Shown here piece after piece: positions 54,381 through 64,000 of a DNA stretch of 64,000 bases. Position 1 is the first letter of the stretch, and each line of letters begins with the position of its first letter. Made by a program: the position numbers and the translations under genes. This DNA is from an uncultured Holophagales bacterium (lineage in GTDB: Bacteria > Acidobacteriota > Thermoanaerobaculia > Multivoradales > UBA5704): positions 704,001-768,000 of the forward strand of contig CAWJGT010000003.1 of assembly GCA_963842525.1 (NCBI GenBank), written 5' to 3'. A model generated the notes under the pieces. The model was not told the origin of the DNA and did no database searches. It saw only the letters and a program-made list of their open reading frames with translations.

Positions 54381-55502
54381 TTACGCCGCCAGCACCTCCC
54401 CCAAAGCCGCCAGGAAGCGCTCCATCTGCGGCCGGGTGCCGACGGTCACCCGCAGGTGGGTGGGGAGCGCGGGGAAGCGGCGGCCGACCTGGACGCGCCG
54501 CTCACGCAGTTGATCGATCACCTTGCCGACGTCCTGCCGCAGATCGGTCATCAGGAAGTTAGTCTGCGAGGAGATGGACCGGTAGCCGCGGTTGGCGAGC
54601 TCGCCGGTCGCCCAATCCCTCGTCTCCCGATTGAGGCGCCGGCTTCGCTCCAGATGGGCGGTGTCGCTGAGGGCGGCCTGGGCGGCGGCCAGGGCCTGGA
54701 GGTTCAGGGTGTCCCAGGCCTGGTGGAAGCGCAGGCGGTCCAGCGTCTCGGGACGCGCCAGGGCGTAGCCGCAGCGCAGGCCGGCCATGCCGTAGATCTT
54801 CGAAAAGGTACGCGCCACCACCAGATTCGGATGCTCCGCCACCAACGGCACGACGGACTCGTAGCCGTCCCCGTTTGCATAGTGGTGATAGGCCTCGTCG
54901 ACCAGCGCGACCGTGCCGGCGGGCACGCGGGAGAGGAAGCCGCGCAGGTCCGGCGTCACGCTCCCCGTGGGGTTGTTCGGGTTGCAGATGTAGACCAGCC
55001 CGGCGAAGCGGGCCGCCTCGTGCATCTTCGCCAGGTCGTGCCGGTGGTCGGCGGTCAGCGCGGTCCGGATCACCTCCGCCCCGGCGGCGCGGGCATAGCG
55101 GCCGATGGCCTCGAAGGTGGGATCGGCCATCGCCACCGGGCGGCCGGGTCCGGTGAAGGCTGCGGCGCAGAGCTTGAGGATCTCGCCCGATCCGTTGCCC
55201 AGGAGCACGTGATCGCTCTCCACGCCGTGGAGCTTCGCGATCTCGTTGGTGAGGGCATCGGCGGCCTCGTCGGGATAGCGCCAGACCTGGTCGAACGCCT
55301 TGCGCATGGCGTCGAAAGCCGCGGGCGGCGGGCCGTACGGGTTCTCGTTGGAGCTCAGGCGGACGATGTCGTCCGGAACCGGGGGCGCCGTCTCGGTGCA
55401 AGACGCCGCAGGAAGGGGAGAGGGGCGCAGGGCCACCGAGGCGATCCCGGCCCCGAGGAGGCCGGCGAACCGCCGGCGCGAGATGGCAGTGACGAGCTCC
55501 AT
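54381..55502 (-). CDS. Histidinol-phosphate-type PLP aminotransferase with a Tat signal
   Basis: SRRRFAGLLG; LSSNENP, CNPNNPTG, DEAY, RTFSKIYGMAGLR.GY. Confidence 0.9.
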   Translation of the reverse strand: MELVTAISRRRFAGLLGAGIASVALRPSPLPAASCTETAPPVPDDIVRLSSNENPYGPPPAAFDAMRKAFDQVWRYPDEAADALTNEIAKLHGVESDHVLLGNGSGEILKLCAAAFTGPGRPVAMADPTFEAIGRYARAAGAEVIRTALTADHRHDLAKMHEAARFAGLVYICNPNNPTGSVTPDLRGFLSRVPAGTVALVDEAYHHYANGDGYESVVPLVAEHPNLVVARTFSKIYGMAGLRCGYALARPETLDRLRFHQAWDTLNLQALAAAQAALSDTAHLERSRRLNRETRDWATGELANRGYRSISSQTNFLMTDLRQDVGKVIDQLRERRVQVGRRFPALPTHLRVTVGTRPQMERFLAALGEVLAA

Positions 55503-55517
55503 GGCAAAACCTCCGGG

Positions 55518-55991
55518 TCACAGCCCCTTGAGCAGTACCTCCGCCGAGCTGACCTCGAAGCGGCCGGGCTGGTCGACCTTGAGGTCCTTGACGACGCAGT
55601 CCTCGATGAGGGCGGCGTAGCGGCGGGAGCGCATGCCGAGGCCGAAGGCGCGGGAGTCCATCTCCAGGCCCATGGCGCGGGCGAAGTCGCCGTTGCCGTC
55701 GGCCAGCATCAGGATCTTCTCGCCGACGCCCCGGGCGTTGCCCCAGGCCCCCATCACGAAATGGTCGTTGACGGCCACGCAGGCGATCGTGTCGATCCCC
55801 TTGGCCTTGAGGTCGTTCGCCCGTTCGACGAAGCTGGGCAGGTGCTGGTCGGAGCAGGTGGGGGTGAAGGCCCCGGGGACCGCGAAGAGGACGACCCGCT
55901 TGCCACGGCAGAGCTCGGTCGTGGAAATGTCCTTGCCGTCGGACGTCTTCAGCTTCACATCGGGGATCGTCTGACCGATCTCGATCGCCAT
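55518..55991 (-). CDS. Peroxiredoxin (Prx5 type)
   Basis: VPGAFTPTCSDQHLP, VNDHFVM.AW, RSRRYA. Confidence 0.93.
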   Translation of the reverse strand: MAIEIGQTIPDVKLKTSDGKDISTTELCRGKRVVLFAVPGAFTPTCSDQHLPSFVERANDLKAKGIDTIACVAVNDHFVMGAWGNARGVGEKILMLADGNGDFARAMGLEMDSRAFGLGMRSRRYAALIEDCVVKDLKVDQPGRFEVSSAEVLLKGL

Positions 55992-56070
55992 CGCTCTCTC
56001 CCTGGAAGGATTGCCGGCCGGACCCGTGCAAGAAGGTCCCGGCCGGAAGGATCGTATCTCCAAACGGGGC

Positions 56071-57423
56071 TCACTGGCAGGGGCGGAGGAGCTCCCGTTC
56101 GCGCAGCACGGCCCGGCGGAGGGCGTCCTCGCCGGTGAATCCGAGGGACCGGGCGTAGGTGTCGAGGTCGGCCGGCCGGGGTCGGCCGAGCCGCTCCTCG
56201 AAGAACCAGCGCCACAGCTCTTCGTCCGTGCATCCCGCATCGGCGAGGGAGGGGTTTTCGAGGCCCCTTGCCGCGACGAGGCGCTGTTTTTCCCGCGCCA
56301 GGGCTTGCAGGGCGCCCCAGGCCCCGGTCGTGCGCAGGTGGTCGCGCAGGTGGGGGTCGAGGTCGACCTCGATCATCTGGAGGACCTTGCCGATCAGCGC
56401 CTCGTCGCGCATCAGGAGGGCGAACGACTCCGGGCTCATCTCCTGATCGCCGAGCCAGCTTCGTAGCTCTCCCTCGTTGAACAGCCCGCGTTCGCGCCGG
56501 AACCTCTCCGCCGCCGCCTCCACTGCTGCGGAATCCACCCCGATGCCGAGCTGTGCGGCCAGCTCGAGGGCGAGGGCCCGGGCCCGGGCGGTTTCTCTGG
56601 ACCGCAGGCAGAGATCCCCCTGGAGGCCGAGCTCTTCGAGCGCCGCGTCGGCCAGCCGGTCGCGGCCGCCTGGATCGGGCTCTCGCTGCTGCGCCTCCCG
56701 GCGGAGCATCTCCCATTCCAGGGTGTGCTGGAAGCGGAAGCGCACCGGCTTCGGAGGCGTGCCGGCGTCCCGCCGCTCGCGGAGGTGGTGCAGCAGAGCG
56801 AGGGCATCGGCGCGTTTCTGGTCCACCCGGTTCCGCGGCAGCCAGGACTCCAGGGCGGCGAGCCTGTCCTGTGGAAGGCCTTCGCGGGCGGCGCGCCGGA
56901 GGAGGCCTGGAAAGGTGCGCTCGGGGTAATAGAGGCTTTTCGCGATGCCGATCAGCGCCTGCCGGACCTCTGGTGCGAGGACGCCCGCCGCTTCCGCCGC
57001 GGCGAGCGTCCAACGCACGTTGACCAGAGCCTCCGAGGCTGCCTGGAAGCCTGCCTCGGCGGGGCCGTGGACGACCGCCACCTCGTCGTCGTCGTCCAGC
57101 TCGCCGGCGCGGAATGCCGCGAACACCTCGCCCACGCCCTCCATGCCGAAGACCTCCAGCTCGGCTGCGCGGAGCGCCCCCATGCTGGCCGCTCCGACGA
57201 CGTGAACGCCCTCGGCCAGGGCCCAGAGGATCTCCTTGTGCAGGACCGCGGGGACCCGCTCGAAATAGCCGTCGACGAGGCCGATCGCCCAGGGGCGCCG
57301 GCGGGCCGCGCGGTAGACGTCCCCCCGCGCCGCCGGCGGGAGGTAGACGGCGTCGAGGTGCCGCCTCGCCTCGGCGACGGAGAGGGTGGGCCCGAGGAAG
57401 ACGACGATCTCAGGAGAGCTCAT
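56071..57423 (-). CDS. tfuA: TfuA-like protein with a C-terminal helical (SurA/PpiC-related-like) extension
   Basis: VVFLGPTL, PPAARGD, LVDGYF..VLHKEI, GAASMGALRAAEL, DDDEVAV.H, DQKRADA. Confidence 0.92.
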   Translation of the reverse strand: MSSPEIVVFLGPTLSVAEARRHLDAVYLPPAARGDVYRAARRRPWAIGLVDGYFERVPAVLHKEILWALAEGVHVVGAASMGALRAAELEVFGMEGVGEVFAAFRAGELDDDDEVAVVHGPAEAGFQAASEALVNVRWTLAAAEAAGVLAPEVRQALIGIAKSLYYPERTFPGLLRRAAREGLPQDRLAALESWLPRNRVDQKRADALALLHHLRERRDAGTPPKPVRFRFQHTLEWEMLRREAQQREPDPGGRDRLADAALEELGLQGDLCLRSRETARARALALELAAQLGIGVDSAAVEAAAERFRRERGLFNEGELRSWLGDQEMSPESFALLMRDEALIGKVLQMIEVDLDPHLRDHLRTTGAWGALQALAREKQRLVAARGLENPSLADAGCTDEELWRWFFEERLGRPRPADLDTYARSLGFTGEDALRRAVLRERELLRPCQ

Positions 57424-58654
57424 CCGAGGTGGCGGCCGCGCGGGCCCGCGGCCCAGGCAGATAGCCCGTCAGGTCGGCGTCGGTCTCCAGGCCGGGGACC
57501 ACGACGTGCACGACGGGAACCCCGAAGGCAGGGTGCGTCAGGTCGACGGCCACCGCCTGCCGCATCCCGGCTTCGGCAAGGCGTTCGAGGAGCCAGCCCA
57601 CGTCCTCGGCGAAGGTCTCGCTCTCCCGGGTCGGCGCCTCGCAGAAGCCGCGCAGCGGTCCCGTCGGCTCCACGTCCTCGGCGATGCGCTGCGCCTCGTC
57701 CGCGTCCCGCAGCCGCTCGTAGTGTTCCAGGCGCAGATCGTCCCGCGATCCGGCGATGGAGGTGAGGCGGGTCTGGGCCGCTTCGGTAAGGGCCCGCAGA
57801 AGCGCCACCTCGCGCGCCGGGTGGCACCCCAGGCCGGCGCCTGCGAAGAGCGGATGAAAGGGATCGGGATCGCGGTCGAGGATCGTGCAGCGGAAGGCCG
57901 GGACACCGAGGTCGCTCGTGAGGTCCCAGACTGCCACGGCGATGCCGGCGCGCTCGTAGAGGTCCAGGGCTTCGCGGCAGGCGGGATCGTCGACCGTCGC
58001 GAGGTCCACGCGCGTGCGCTGCTGGACGCCGGGCGGGCGCGCGAGCCAGAGCGCGTTCGCATCCCGCTCGATCACCTCGCAAAGGGCATGGGAGAGCGCC
58101 TCCAGAGGATGGTTGCCCGACGCCAGGCCGTTGGACGACGCGGCGAAGCAGCCGCTTCCCGGGGCCAGCGGCAGGGTGAGGTTCATGTGGACCATCTCGT
58201 AGGGGACCCAGACCGCGGTGTCGCCCAGCAGGTCGTGTCCCTCGATCCACAGCAGTTGCAGGTCGTCGTGAAAGAGGCTGGTGGACAGCCGCGGCAGGGC
58301 GGAGACCTCCGCCAGCGGATGAGTGAAGCGAAGCTCGTTGAAGCTGGCCAGCTTCAGCGGCTGCGTGATCCGCTCCGCATGGTACAGCTCGATCGCCTCC
58401 ATCAGGCCGGAGGCGCGGGCGGCGGCCAGGTCGAGCCCCTTGCCCTGGCTGACCGACAGCGAGCGGGCATTCGGGCGGCAGACCATCACGACCGGGAGCC
58501 CGATCCGGTCCAACCCGGTCACGTTGGCGACCCGGGTGATGCCCATCACAGGCGCCCAGCGCATCACCCGCTCGAGGGTCTGCTCCGGCGGCACCGCGCG
58601 GTGCGTGCCGGTGCGGAACGCCTTGACGCCCGGCTCTGCGGTCCCGGGAGTCAT
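57410..58654 (-). CDS. ycaO: YcaO-family protein (TfuA-associated, thioamide type)
   Basis: GITRVANVTGLDRIG.PV, SQGKG, MEAIE, SSNGLASGN, CEVIERD, TEAAQTR..GSRDD, VVVPGLE; no C-terminal PxP. Confidence 0.93.
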   Translation of the reverse strand: MTPGTAEPGVKAFRTGTHRAVPPEQTLERVMRWAPVMGITRVANVTGLDRIGLPVVMVCRPNARSLSVSQGKGLDLAAARASGLMEAIELYHAERITQPLKLASFNELRFTHPLAEVSALPRLSTSLFHDDLQLLWIEGHDLLGDTAVWVPYEMVHMNLTLPLAPGSGCFAASSNGLASGNHPLEALSHALCEVIERDANALWLARPPGVQQRTRVDLATVDDPACREALDLYERAGIAVAVWDLTSDLGVPAFRCTILDRDPDPFHPLFAGAGLGCHPAREVALLRALTEAAQTRLTSIAGSRDDLRLEHYERLRDADEAQRIAEDVEPTGPLRGFCEAPTRESETFAEDVGWLLERLAEAGMRQAVAVDLTHPAFGVPVVHVVVPGLETDADLTGYLPGPRARAAATSDELS

Positions 58655-58687
58655 CTCGAAGGACGCTCGAAAGGCGACGGCCGTGAG

Positions 58688-58942
58688 CTACTTCTTGGGA
58701 TCGCGGTACGCCTTCAGATTGAACAGATGACTGCCCTCATGATGCGACCCGATCGCGACGATCGGGTGAAGCTTCTTGGGTACGCTGTCCTTCGTGAGGA
58801 CCGCGTGGGCCACGCCCTGTTTGACCAGGTTCTCCACGAATTTCACGACCTCGGGATTGTCCGTCTTGTGAGGGGCGAGATCGGCATCCGTGACGGCATA
58901 GATGCTTCCGTCCTCGCCGACGATGAAAAATTTTCTCTCCAT
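58688..58942 (-). CDS. 84-aa small protein, candidate YcaO/TfuA substrate
   Basis: GGAGGG RBS; coding-like composition; sits 33 bp upstream of ycaO in the same orientation. Confidence 0.75.
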   Translation of the reverse strand: MERKFFIVGEDGSIYAVTDADLAPHKTDNPEVVKFVENLVKQGVAHAVLTKDSVPKKLHPIVAIGSHHEGSHLFNLKAYRDPKK

Positions 58943-58997
58943 GCCATCCCTCCGGTTCAGGCAGCTTCGGTGTTACGGATTGTCCTCGAAGACGGCT

Positions 58998-61900
58998 TCA
59001 GCGTACCACGGCGGGTCCGGCCGCCTCAATCCCGAGCGAGCCGAGCAGGGCCGCCGCGTCCTGGAGGTCGGGGGTGGCGAACCCTTCGGAGAAGGAGGCG
59101 TAGAGGGGGGCGAGGAGATTGCGGGCCTCCTCGTCCCGTCCCTGGCTGCGCCAGAGCCGCGCGAGGCTGGCGGCGGCGCGCAGCTCCAGGGCTTTCGATC
59201 CCAGGCGCCGGGCGAGGTCCAGGGCCTGCCGGAAGCGCTCGGCCGCTTCCTCGAGGCGGGCGTGTCCGCCGGGCTCCAGGAGCGCGAGCTCCCCCTCGAG
59301 CCGGTGGATCTCCGGCTGCCAGAAGAAGCGGTCCTCCAGGCCGGAGAGGAGCTCGCGGGCGCGGGCGGCCGTACGCCGGCCCTCTTCGATCCGGCCCAGC
59401 CGGATATAGCACTCGATCAGCAGCGACAGCGTGTTGAGCTCCGAGAGCCTGGCCCTGGAGGCGCCGAAGGCTTCGATGCCGCCCAGCACGCGCCGCAGCC
59501 CCTCGGCATGGAGAGACGGGTCGGGCCCATGGACCATGGCCCAGCCGAGCCGCATGTTGCCGTGCGCCGCCTCATGGAGGAAGCCCTTCTCCTCCGCCAG
59601 GGTGACGAGGCTCGCGGCCTGCTCCCGCACGGCGGAGGCCTCGCGCCGGAAATAGCGCAGCCAGGTCGCCATGCTGAGGGCGTCGGCCAGGCTGTATGGG
59701 TGGGCGATCTCGCGGGCCAGCACGATGGCCTGCTCGCTGCGCGCGAGGGCCTGATCCGGGAGGCCGAGCTGCCAGAGGACGAGCCCCAGGGTACCGATCG
59801 AGGTGGCGGCGATGTCGATGCCGGTGACGGACATGGTGGAGCGGTCCCGCTCGGGAGAGTCGAGGGAGATCCCGCGCTCCAGGAGCTCGCGTGCCAGCGC
59901 CGGCTCGCCTCGGAAGAGCTGCGGCAGCGCCGCGGCCAGGTGGGCTTCGAAGAGGAGCGTGCGGTCGCCGCTCGCGTCGGCGAGGCGCATCATGCTCCGG
60001 CCGAGCTCCAGGGCCTTCGGAAGCTCCGCCCGGATGAGATGGAACACCCAGAGACCGCGCAGGACCCAGAAGTGCTCCGGCGTCTCCCCCAGCCTGTTGC
60101 AGAGCTCCAGGGCGCGCGCATAGCACTGCTCGACCCCCTGAGTGGTGTAGCCCCGCGTGGCGATCAGCGCCGGCCCGAGAGCGGTGCGCAGAGCGAGCTC
60201 CTGGGAGTCCCGCTCCCGGCCTTCGGGCAGCGCATCGAGCAGCCCGAGGCCTTTCTCGAAGTGGCCGATCGCCTCGACGTGAGCCGACCGCTCGGCGGCG
60301 TGCCGCCCGGCCTCCAGCCAGCAGGGCAGGGCCTGCTCGTGCAGGCCGGCCTCGGTGAAGTGGTGGGCCACCACCTCGGGCCGCGCCGCGGCCTCGGCCG
60401 GGAACTGCTCCGTCAGGGCCGCGGCGATCCGCTGGTGGAGCTGCTGCCGGGTGCTGCGCAGGAGAGAGCCGTAGGCGGCCTCCTGGAGCAGGGCGTGTTT
60501 GAAAGTGTAGGACGCCGCGGGCGGCACGCCCCGCTGGTAGAGCAGATCGGCGTCGACGAGCCGCTCGAGCTCGCGGCGCAGCGTCTCTTCGGGGAGCGGG
60601 CAGACCGCGCGGATCATGCCCCAGGTGAGCTCCCGGCCGAGCACGGCGGCGATCTGCACGACTTCGCGGGTCCCCGACAGGCGGTCCAGGCGGGCCAGGA
60701 GGGAGTCCTCGAGCGTCGCCGGGATGGCGAGCGGCGGCAGCGGCGCGGTCAGGACATAGCGCTGCCCCTCCTCCCGCAGGAGTCCCGAGCCGAGGAGCAT
60801 CTTGGTCAGCTCCTCCACGAACAGGGGCACGCCGTCGGTCTTCGCCACGATCTGGAGGAGGACCTCCGGAGGCAGGGTGCGGCCGCCGGCCACGCCGCGC
60901 GCCAGCGCCTCCACCTCGCTCTCGCCGAGGTGGTCCAGCAGGATGTGGACGATCGCAGGGTGCCCTCCCCAGGCCGGACTGAACGACGGGCGGGAGGTGA
61001 GCAGCAGGAGGAGCCGCAGGCTCGGGCCCTGTCGCACCAGCAGCTTCAGGAACTCGAGCGTCGAAGGGTCCACCCAGTGCAGGTCCTCGATCGCCAGGAC
61101 CACCGGCCCGCGCTCCGCCAGGGCGGCGAGGATCCCGAGCAGCGCGCTCAGCGTCTTCTCCTTGCGCCGCTGCGGGGTCAGGCCGAGGGTCTCCCGGTCC
61201 TCTCCCGGCTCGAGGCCGAGGAGCCGGGCGAAGAGCTCCCTCTCCTCCGCCCCGGGAAACCCGAGCGCGACCAGCCCTTCCTGCAGCTTGCGGAGCCGGT
61301 CGGCCGCCGTGTCCTCGGGCCGTAGCCGGAGCAGATCCTGGAGAAGGTCGAGGACGGCGGAGAAGGCGCTGTTCTGCTGGAAGAGCGAGCAGCGGCAGAC
61401 GAGCCACCGGTGGACCTCGCCGGCGGCGCGCTCGCGGAACAGTTGGACCAGGCGCGACTTGCCGATCCCAGCATCGCCGGTGATGAGGACTGTCCGCCCG
61501 TGCCCCTCCTGGACCTTTTCCAGGCTGCGGAGCAGGGTTGCCAGCTCGTCCTGCCGTCCCACCGCCGGGCTCAGCCCGCGCGCCAGGGCCAGCTCGAAGG
61601 AGGTGCGCACTCCGCTCTGGCCCAGCACCTGGTGCACCTCGAGCGGCGCGGAGACCCCCTTGAGGACTCTGGGACCGAGCGACCGGCAGGCGAAGAACCC
61701 CTGGACGAGCGTCTGGGTCTGATCGCTGACCACGACGGTCCCCGGCTCGGCGAGCGCGCAGAGCCGGGCCGCGATGTTCGGCGTCTGCCCGATCGCGAGC
61801 CGCTCGCGCACCTCGCCGCTGCCGACCTCTCCGGCCACCGCGGAGCCGGTATGGATGCCGACGCGGACTCCCAGCCGGATCCCCTGCACCGCCTCCAGGC

Positions 61901-62360
61901 GCGGCGTGAGCCGCTCGATCGCCTCGATGATCCCCAGCCCGGCGTGCACCGCGCGCTGCGTGTCCTCCTCGTGCGCCACGGGATATCCGAAATAGGCGAG
62001 CAGGCCGTCTCCCAGACGCTGGGCCGTGTGCCCGCCAAAGCGGTCGACCACCTCCCCGGCGGCGTCCTGGCAGGTACGCAGGATCTCCAGGTACTCCTCG
62101 GGGTCGAGCCCCGCCGAGGTCGTCAGCGCGCAGAAGAGCACGCTGAGGCGGCGGCGCTCGGCCGCGGGCTCCTGGGCGGGCCACGCCGGCGCCGCGGCCT
62201 CAGCCGCCGATGCCAGCGGCCGGCCGCACCTGCCACAGAACTTGTGTCCGGGAGGGATCTCGAAACCGCACGCGGAGCAGACCTGCCGCAGAGGGCTGCC
62301 GCACTGGCCGCAGAACCGCATTCCTTCCGGATTGTTCGAGCCGCAGGTGGGGCAGAGCAT
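58998..62360 (-). CDS. Double Zn-ribbon + class III cyclase-like + AAA/STAND ATPase + TPR protein
   Basis: Four CxxC pairs; ERRRLSVLFC..GDG..RVGIHTG..PNIAARL; GDAGIGKS; IEDLHW; GVPLFVEE; FKHAL; C-terminal FSEGFATPDL. Confidence 0.92.
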   Translation of the reverse strand: MLCPTCGSNNPEGMRFCGQCGSPLRQVCSACGFEIPPGHKFCGRCGRPLASAAEAAAPAWPAQEPAAERRRLSVLFCALTTSAGLDPEEYLEILRTCQDAAGEVVDRFGGHTAQRLGDGLLAYFGYPVAHEEDTQRAVHAGLGIIEAIERLTPRLEAVQGIRLGVRVGIHTGSAVAGEVGSGEVRERLAIGQTPNIAARLCALAEPGTVVVSDQTQTLVQGFFACRSLGPRVLKGVSAPLEVHQVLGQSGVRTSFELALARGLSPAVGRQDELATLLRSLEKVQEGHGRTVLITGDAGIGKSRLVQLFRERAAGEVHRWLVCRCSLFQQNSAFSAVLDLLQDLLRLRPEDTAADRLRKLQEGLVALGFPGAEERELFARLLGLEPGEDRETLGLTPQRRKEKTLSALLGILAALAERGPVVLAIEDLHWVDPSTLEFLKLLVRQGPSLRLLLLLTSRPSFSPAWGGHPAIVHILLDHLGESEVEALARGVAGGRTLPPEVLLQIVAKTDGVPLFVEELTKMLLGSGLLREEGQRYVLTAPLPPLAIPATLEDSLLARLDRLSGTREVVQIAAVLGRELTWGMIRAVCPLPEETLRRELERLVDADLLYQRGVPPAASYTFKHALLQEAAYGSLLRSTRQQLHQRIAAALTEQFPAEAAARPEVVAHHFTEAGLHEQALPCWLEAGRHAAERSAHVEAIGHFEKGLGLLDALPEGRERDSQELALRTALGPALIATRGYTTQGVEQCYARALELCNRLGETPEHFWVLRGLWVFHLIRAELPKALELGRSMMRLADASGDRTLLFEAHLAAALPQLFRGEPALARELLERGISLDSPERDRSTMSVTGIDIAATSIGTLGLVLWQLGLPDQALARSEQAIVLAREIAHPYSLADALSMATWLRYFRREASAVREQAASLVTLAEEKGFLHEAAHGNMRLGWAMVHGPDPSLHAEGLRRVLGGIEAFGASRARLSELNTLSLLIECYIRLGRIEEGRRTAARARELLSGLEDRFFWQPEIHRLEGELALLEPGGHARLEEAAERFRQALDLARRLGSKALELRAAASLARLWRSQGRDEEARNLLAPLYASFSEGFATPDLQDAAALLGSLGIEAAGPAVVR

Positions 62361-62387
62361 CGGATCTCTTCGAAGAGCGGCGGCGCC

Positions 62388-64000
62388 CTATCGTGCTCCG
62401 AGGGCCTCTGCCGCCGGCCGGGCCTCCTGCCTGGTCGCAAGGCGAAGATATTCGTCGAGCGGAAAACTGTCCACCTGGACGGCGTCGGCCCGGGCCGCCG
62501 CGGCCTCGCGCACCAGGGCGGCCTCGTCCGGCGTGAGCAGGCCCGCGGCGAGCGCCGGCTCGACCAGGGCCTCCGGCGCTCCCGGCGGGGTTCGTCCCGG
62601 CGCGGGAGGCACGGGCGATCCGATCCAGCAGAGGAGCGCTGCGGGTGGCGAGAACGAAGGCGCGCTCCAGCCGGCCGAGGGCCTCCTGGGGACCGGCGGG
62701 GAGGAAGAGGCCGGCCGTCAGCCGGTCGCGCAGCTCTCCCGGCTGGCGGAGGACCGCGGCCACCTGCGACCCAAGCTGGTCGTCCGGCGGCCGGCCGAGA
62801 GGGTTGGCCCGGCACCACCACGCTCCGGCGCCGCGCAGGAGCCAAGCCAGCGGTCCCTCGAAATTCTGATAGATCCCCTCGAAGGCGGTCTGGATGCGGG
62901 CGAGGGCGTGCTCGACGGCCCAGCGCGCGAGCGGCAGGTCCTCGTCGCGCCGGCCCTCGGCCTCGAAACGGCGGAGGGCGCAGAAGCCCAGGTACATCCA
63001 CGACAGGACGTCGGCGAAACGGCCGCTCAGCTTCTCGCGGAATTTGAGCCGGCTCCCCAGGGAGAGGACCGCCAGGTCGGTCAGCACCGCGAAGCGGGCC
63101 GAGGCCCAGGAGAGCCTGCGGTAGTAGCGGGAGGTCGATCCGGGCACCGGAGAGCGGACGAGGCGTCCGCGGGTGAGGCCGAGGACGGCGGATCGGAGGA
63201 GATTGCGCAGGAAGAAGGCCGCATGGCCGCGCAGGGCACGCCGCAACGCCTTCGCATCCCCCTGCTCCAGGGCCCGCACCTCGGCCAGCGCCCAGGGGTG
63301 GCCGCGGAGAGCTCCCTGGCCGAAGATGATCAGCGTCCGGGTGAGGATGTTCGCCCCCTCGACCGTGATGCCGATGGGTGCGCCGGCGTGGCCGGCCGCG
63401 AGCAGGTTGCGCGGCCCGCGGCTGATCGCGGCGCCGCCCAGGATGTCCATGCCGTCCTGGACGAGGGAGCGCAGCAGCTCCGTCTGGTTGTACTTGGAGA
63501 CGGCCGAGAGCACGGCAGGCCGTTGGCCGGCGTCCACGGCGCCGCAGGTGTAGACCCGCGCTGCTTCCATGAGATAGGTCAGGCCGGCGATGCGGGCGAG
63601 CGGCTCCTCGATCCCCTCGAAGCGGCCGATCTCGACGCCGAACTGCCGGCGGACCATGCTGTACGCACCCGCCACCCGGGCCACGTACTTGGCGCCGCCG
63701 ACCGACTGGGCGGGGAGCGAGATCGCCCGGCCGGCCGAGAGTGCCTCCATCAGCATCTTCCACCCCTTGCCGGCCTGGCCGAGGCCGCCGAGGATCTGAT
63801 CGGCCGGGATGACCACGTCCCGTCCCTCGGTCGGGCCGTTGGGCATGGGCACGCCCATGGGGTCGTGCCGGTCGCCGATCTGTATGCCTGGCAGTTGAGT
63901 AGGGACGAGGGCCACGGTGATGCCCAGGTCGTCGGTTGCCTCGGCGCGTCCGAGAAGGTTCTCCGGGTCGCGCAGCCGGAAGGCGAGGCCGAGCAGGGTG
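62388..64000 (-). CDS. fadE: Acyl-CoA dehydrogenase (FadE type), 5'-partial, frameshift near 62610
   Basis: GWKMLMEALSAGRAISLP, RRQFG..IGRFEGIEE, MDILGG, ITVEGANILTR; C-terminus ..AVQVDSF in ORF 62388..62612. Confidence 0.92.

Overview
A GC-rich bacterial window. The gene families and repeat types suggest Acidobacteriota/Thermoanaerobaculia, but that is inference. From left to right it holds: (i) a broken CHAT-domain gene and a signalling block (LysM-FecR protein, REC-DUF4388-Roadblock regulator, GAF sigma54 activator, Ser/Thr kinase-TPR), with a candidate sigma54-driven three-hairpin small RNA inside it; (ii) an 18-kb hybrid PKS-NRPS cluster with no loading module or thioesterase, whose ORFs carry many in-frame palindromic repeat insertions; (iii) a decayed mobile island with a toxin-antitoxin (TA) pseudogene pair, a 268-bp MITE with a 5-bp target duplication inside a DUF6431-like gene, a REP-associated HUH transposase bounded by inverted end motifs, an ORF-less group IIC intron remnant and cassette-like cargo genes; (iv) housekeeping genes (MFS, MBL hydrolase, hemE, pncA/pncB, M42 peptidase, hutU, large sensor kinase, GT1); (v) two TA pairs flanking a secreted 14-Cys defensin-like protein; (vi) a minus-strand run of fadE, cyclase/STAND/TPR protein, 84-aa small protein, ycaO, tfuA, peroxiredoxin and a Tat-exported aminotransferase, which is a candidate uncharacterised thioamidation system. 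Several single-base frameshifts, including one in hemE, probably reflect sequencing or assembly indels. Family calls come from motif recognition by eye; no database searches were run.
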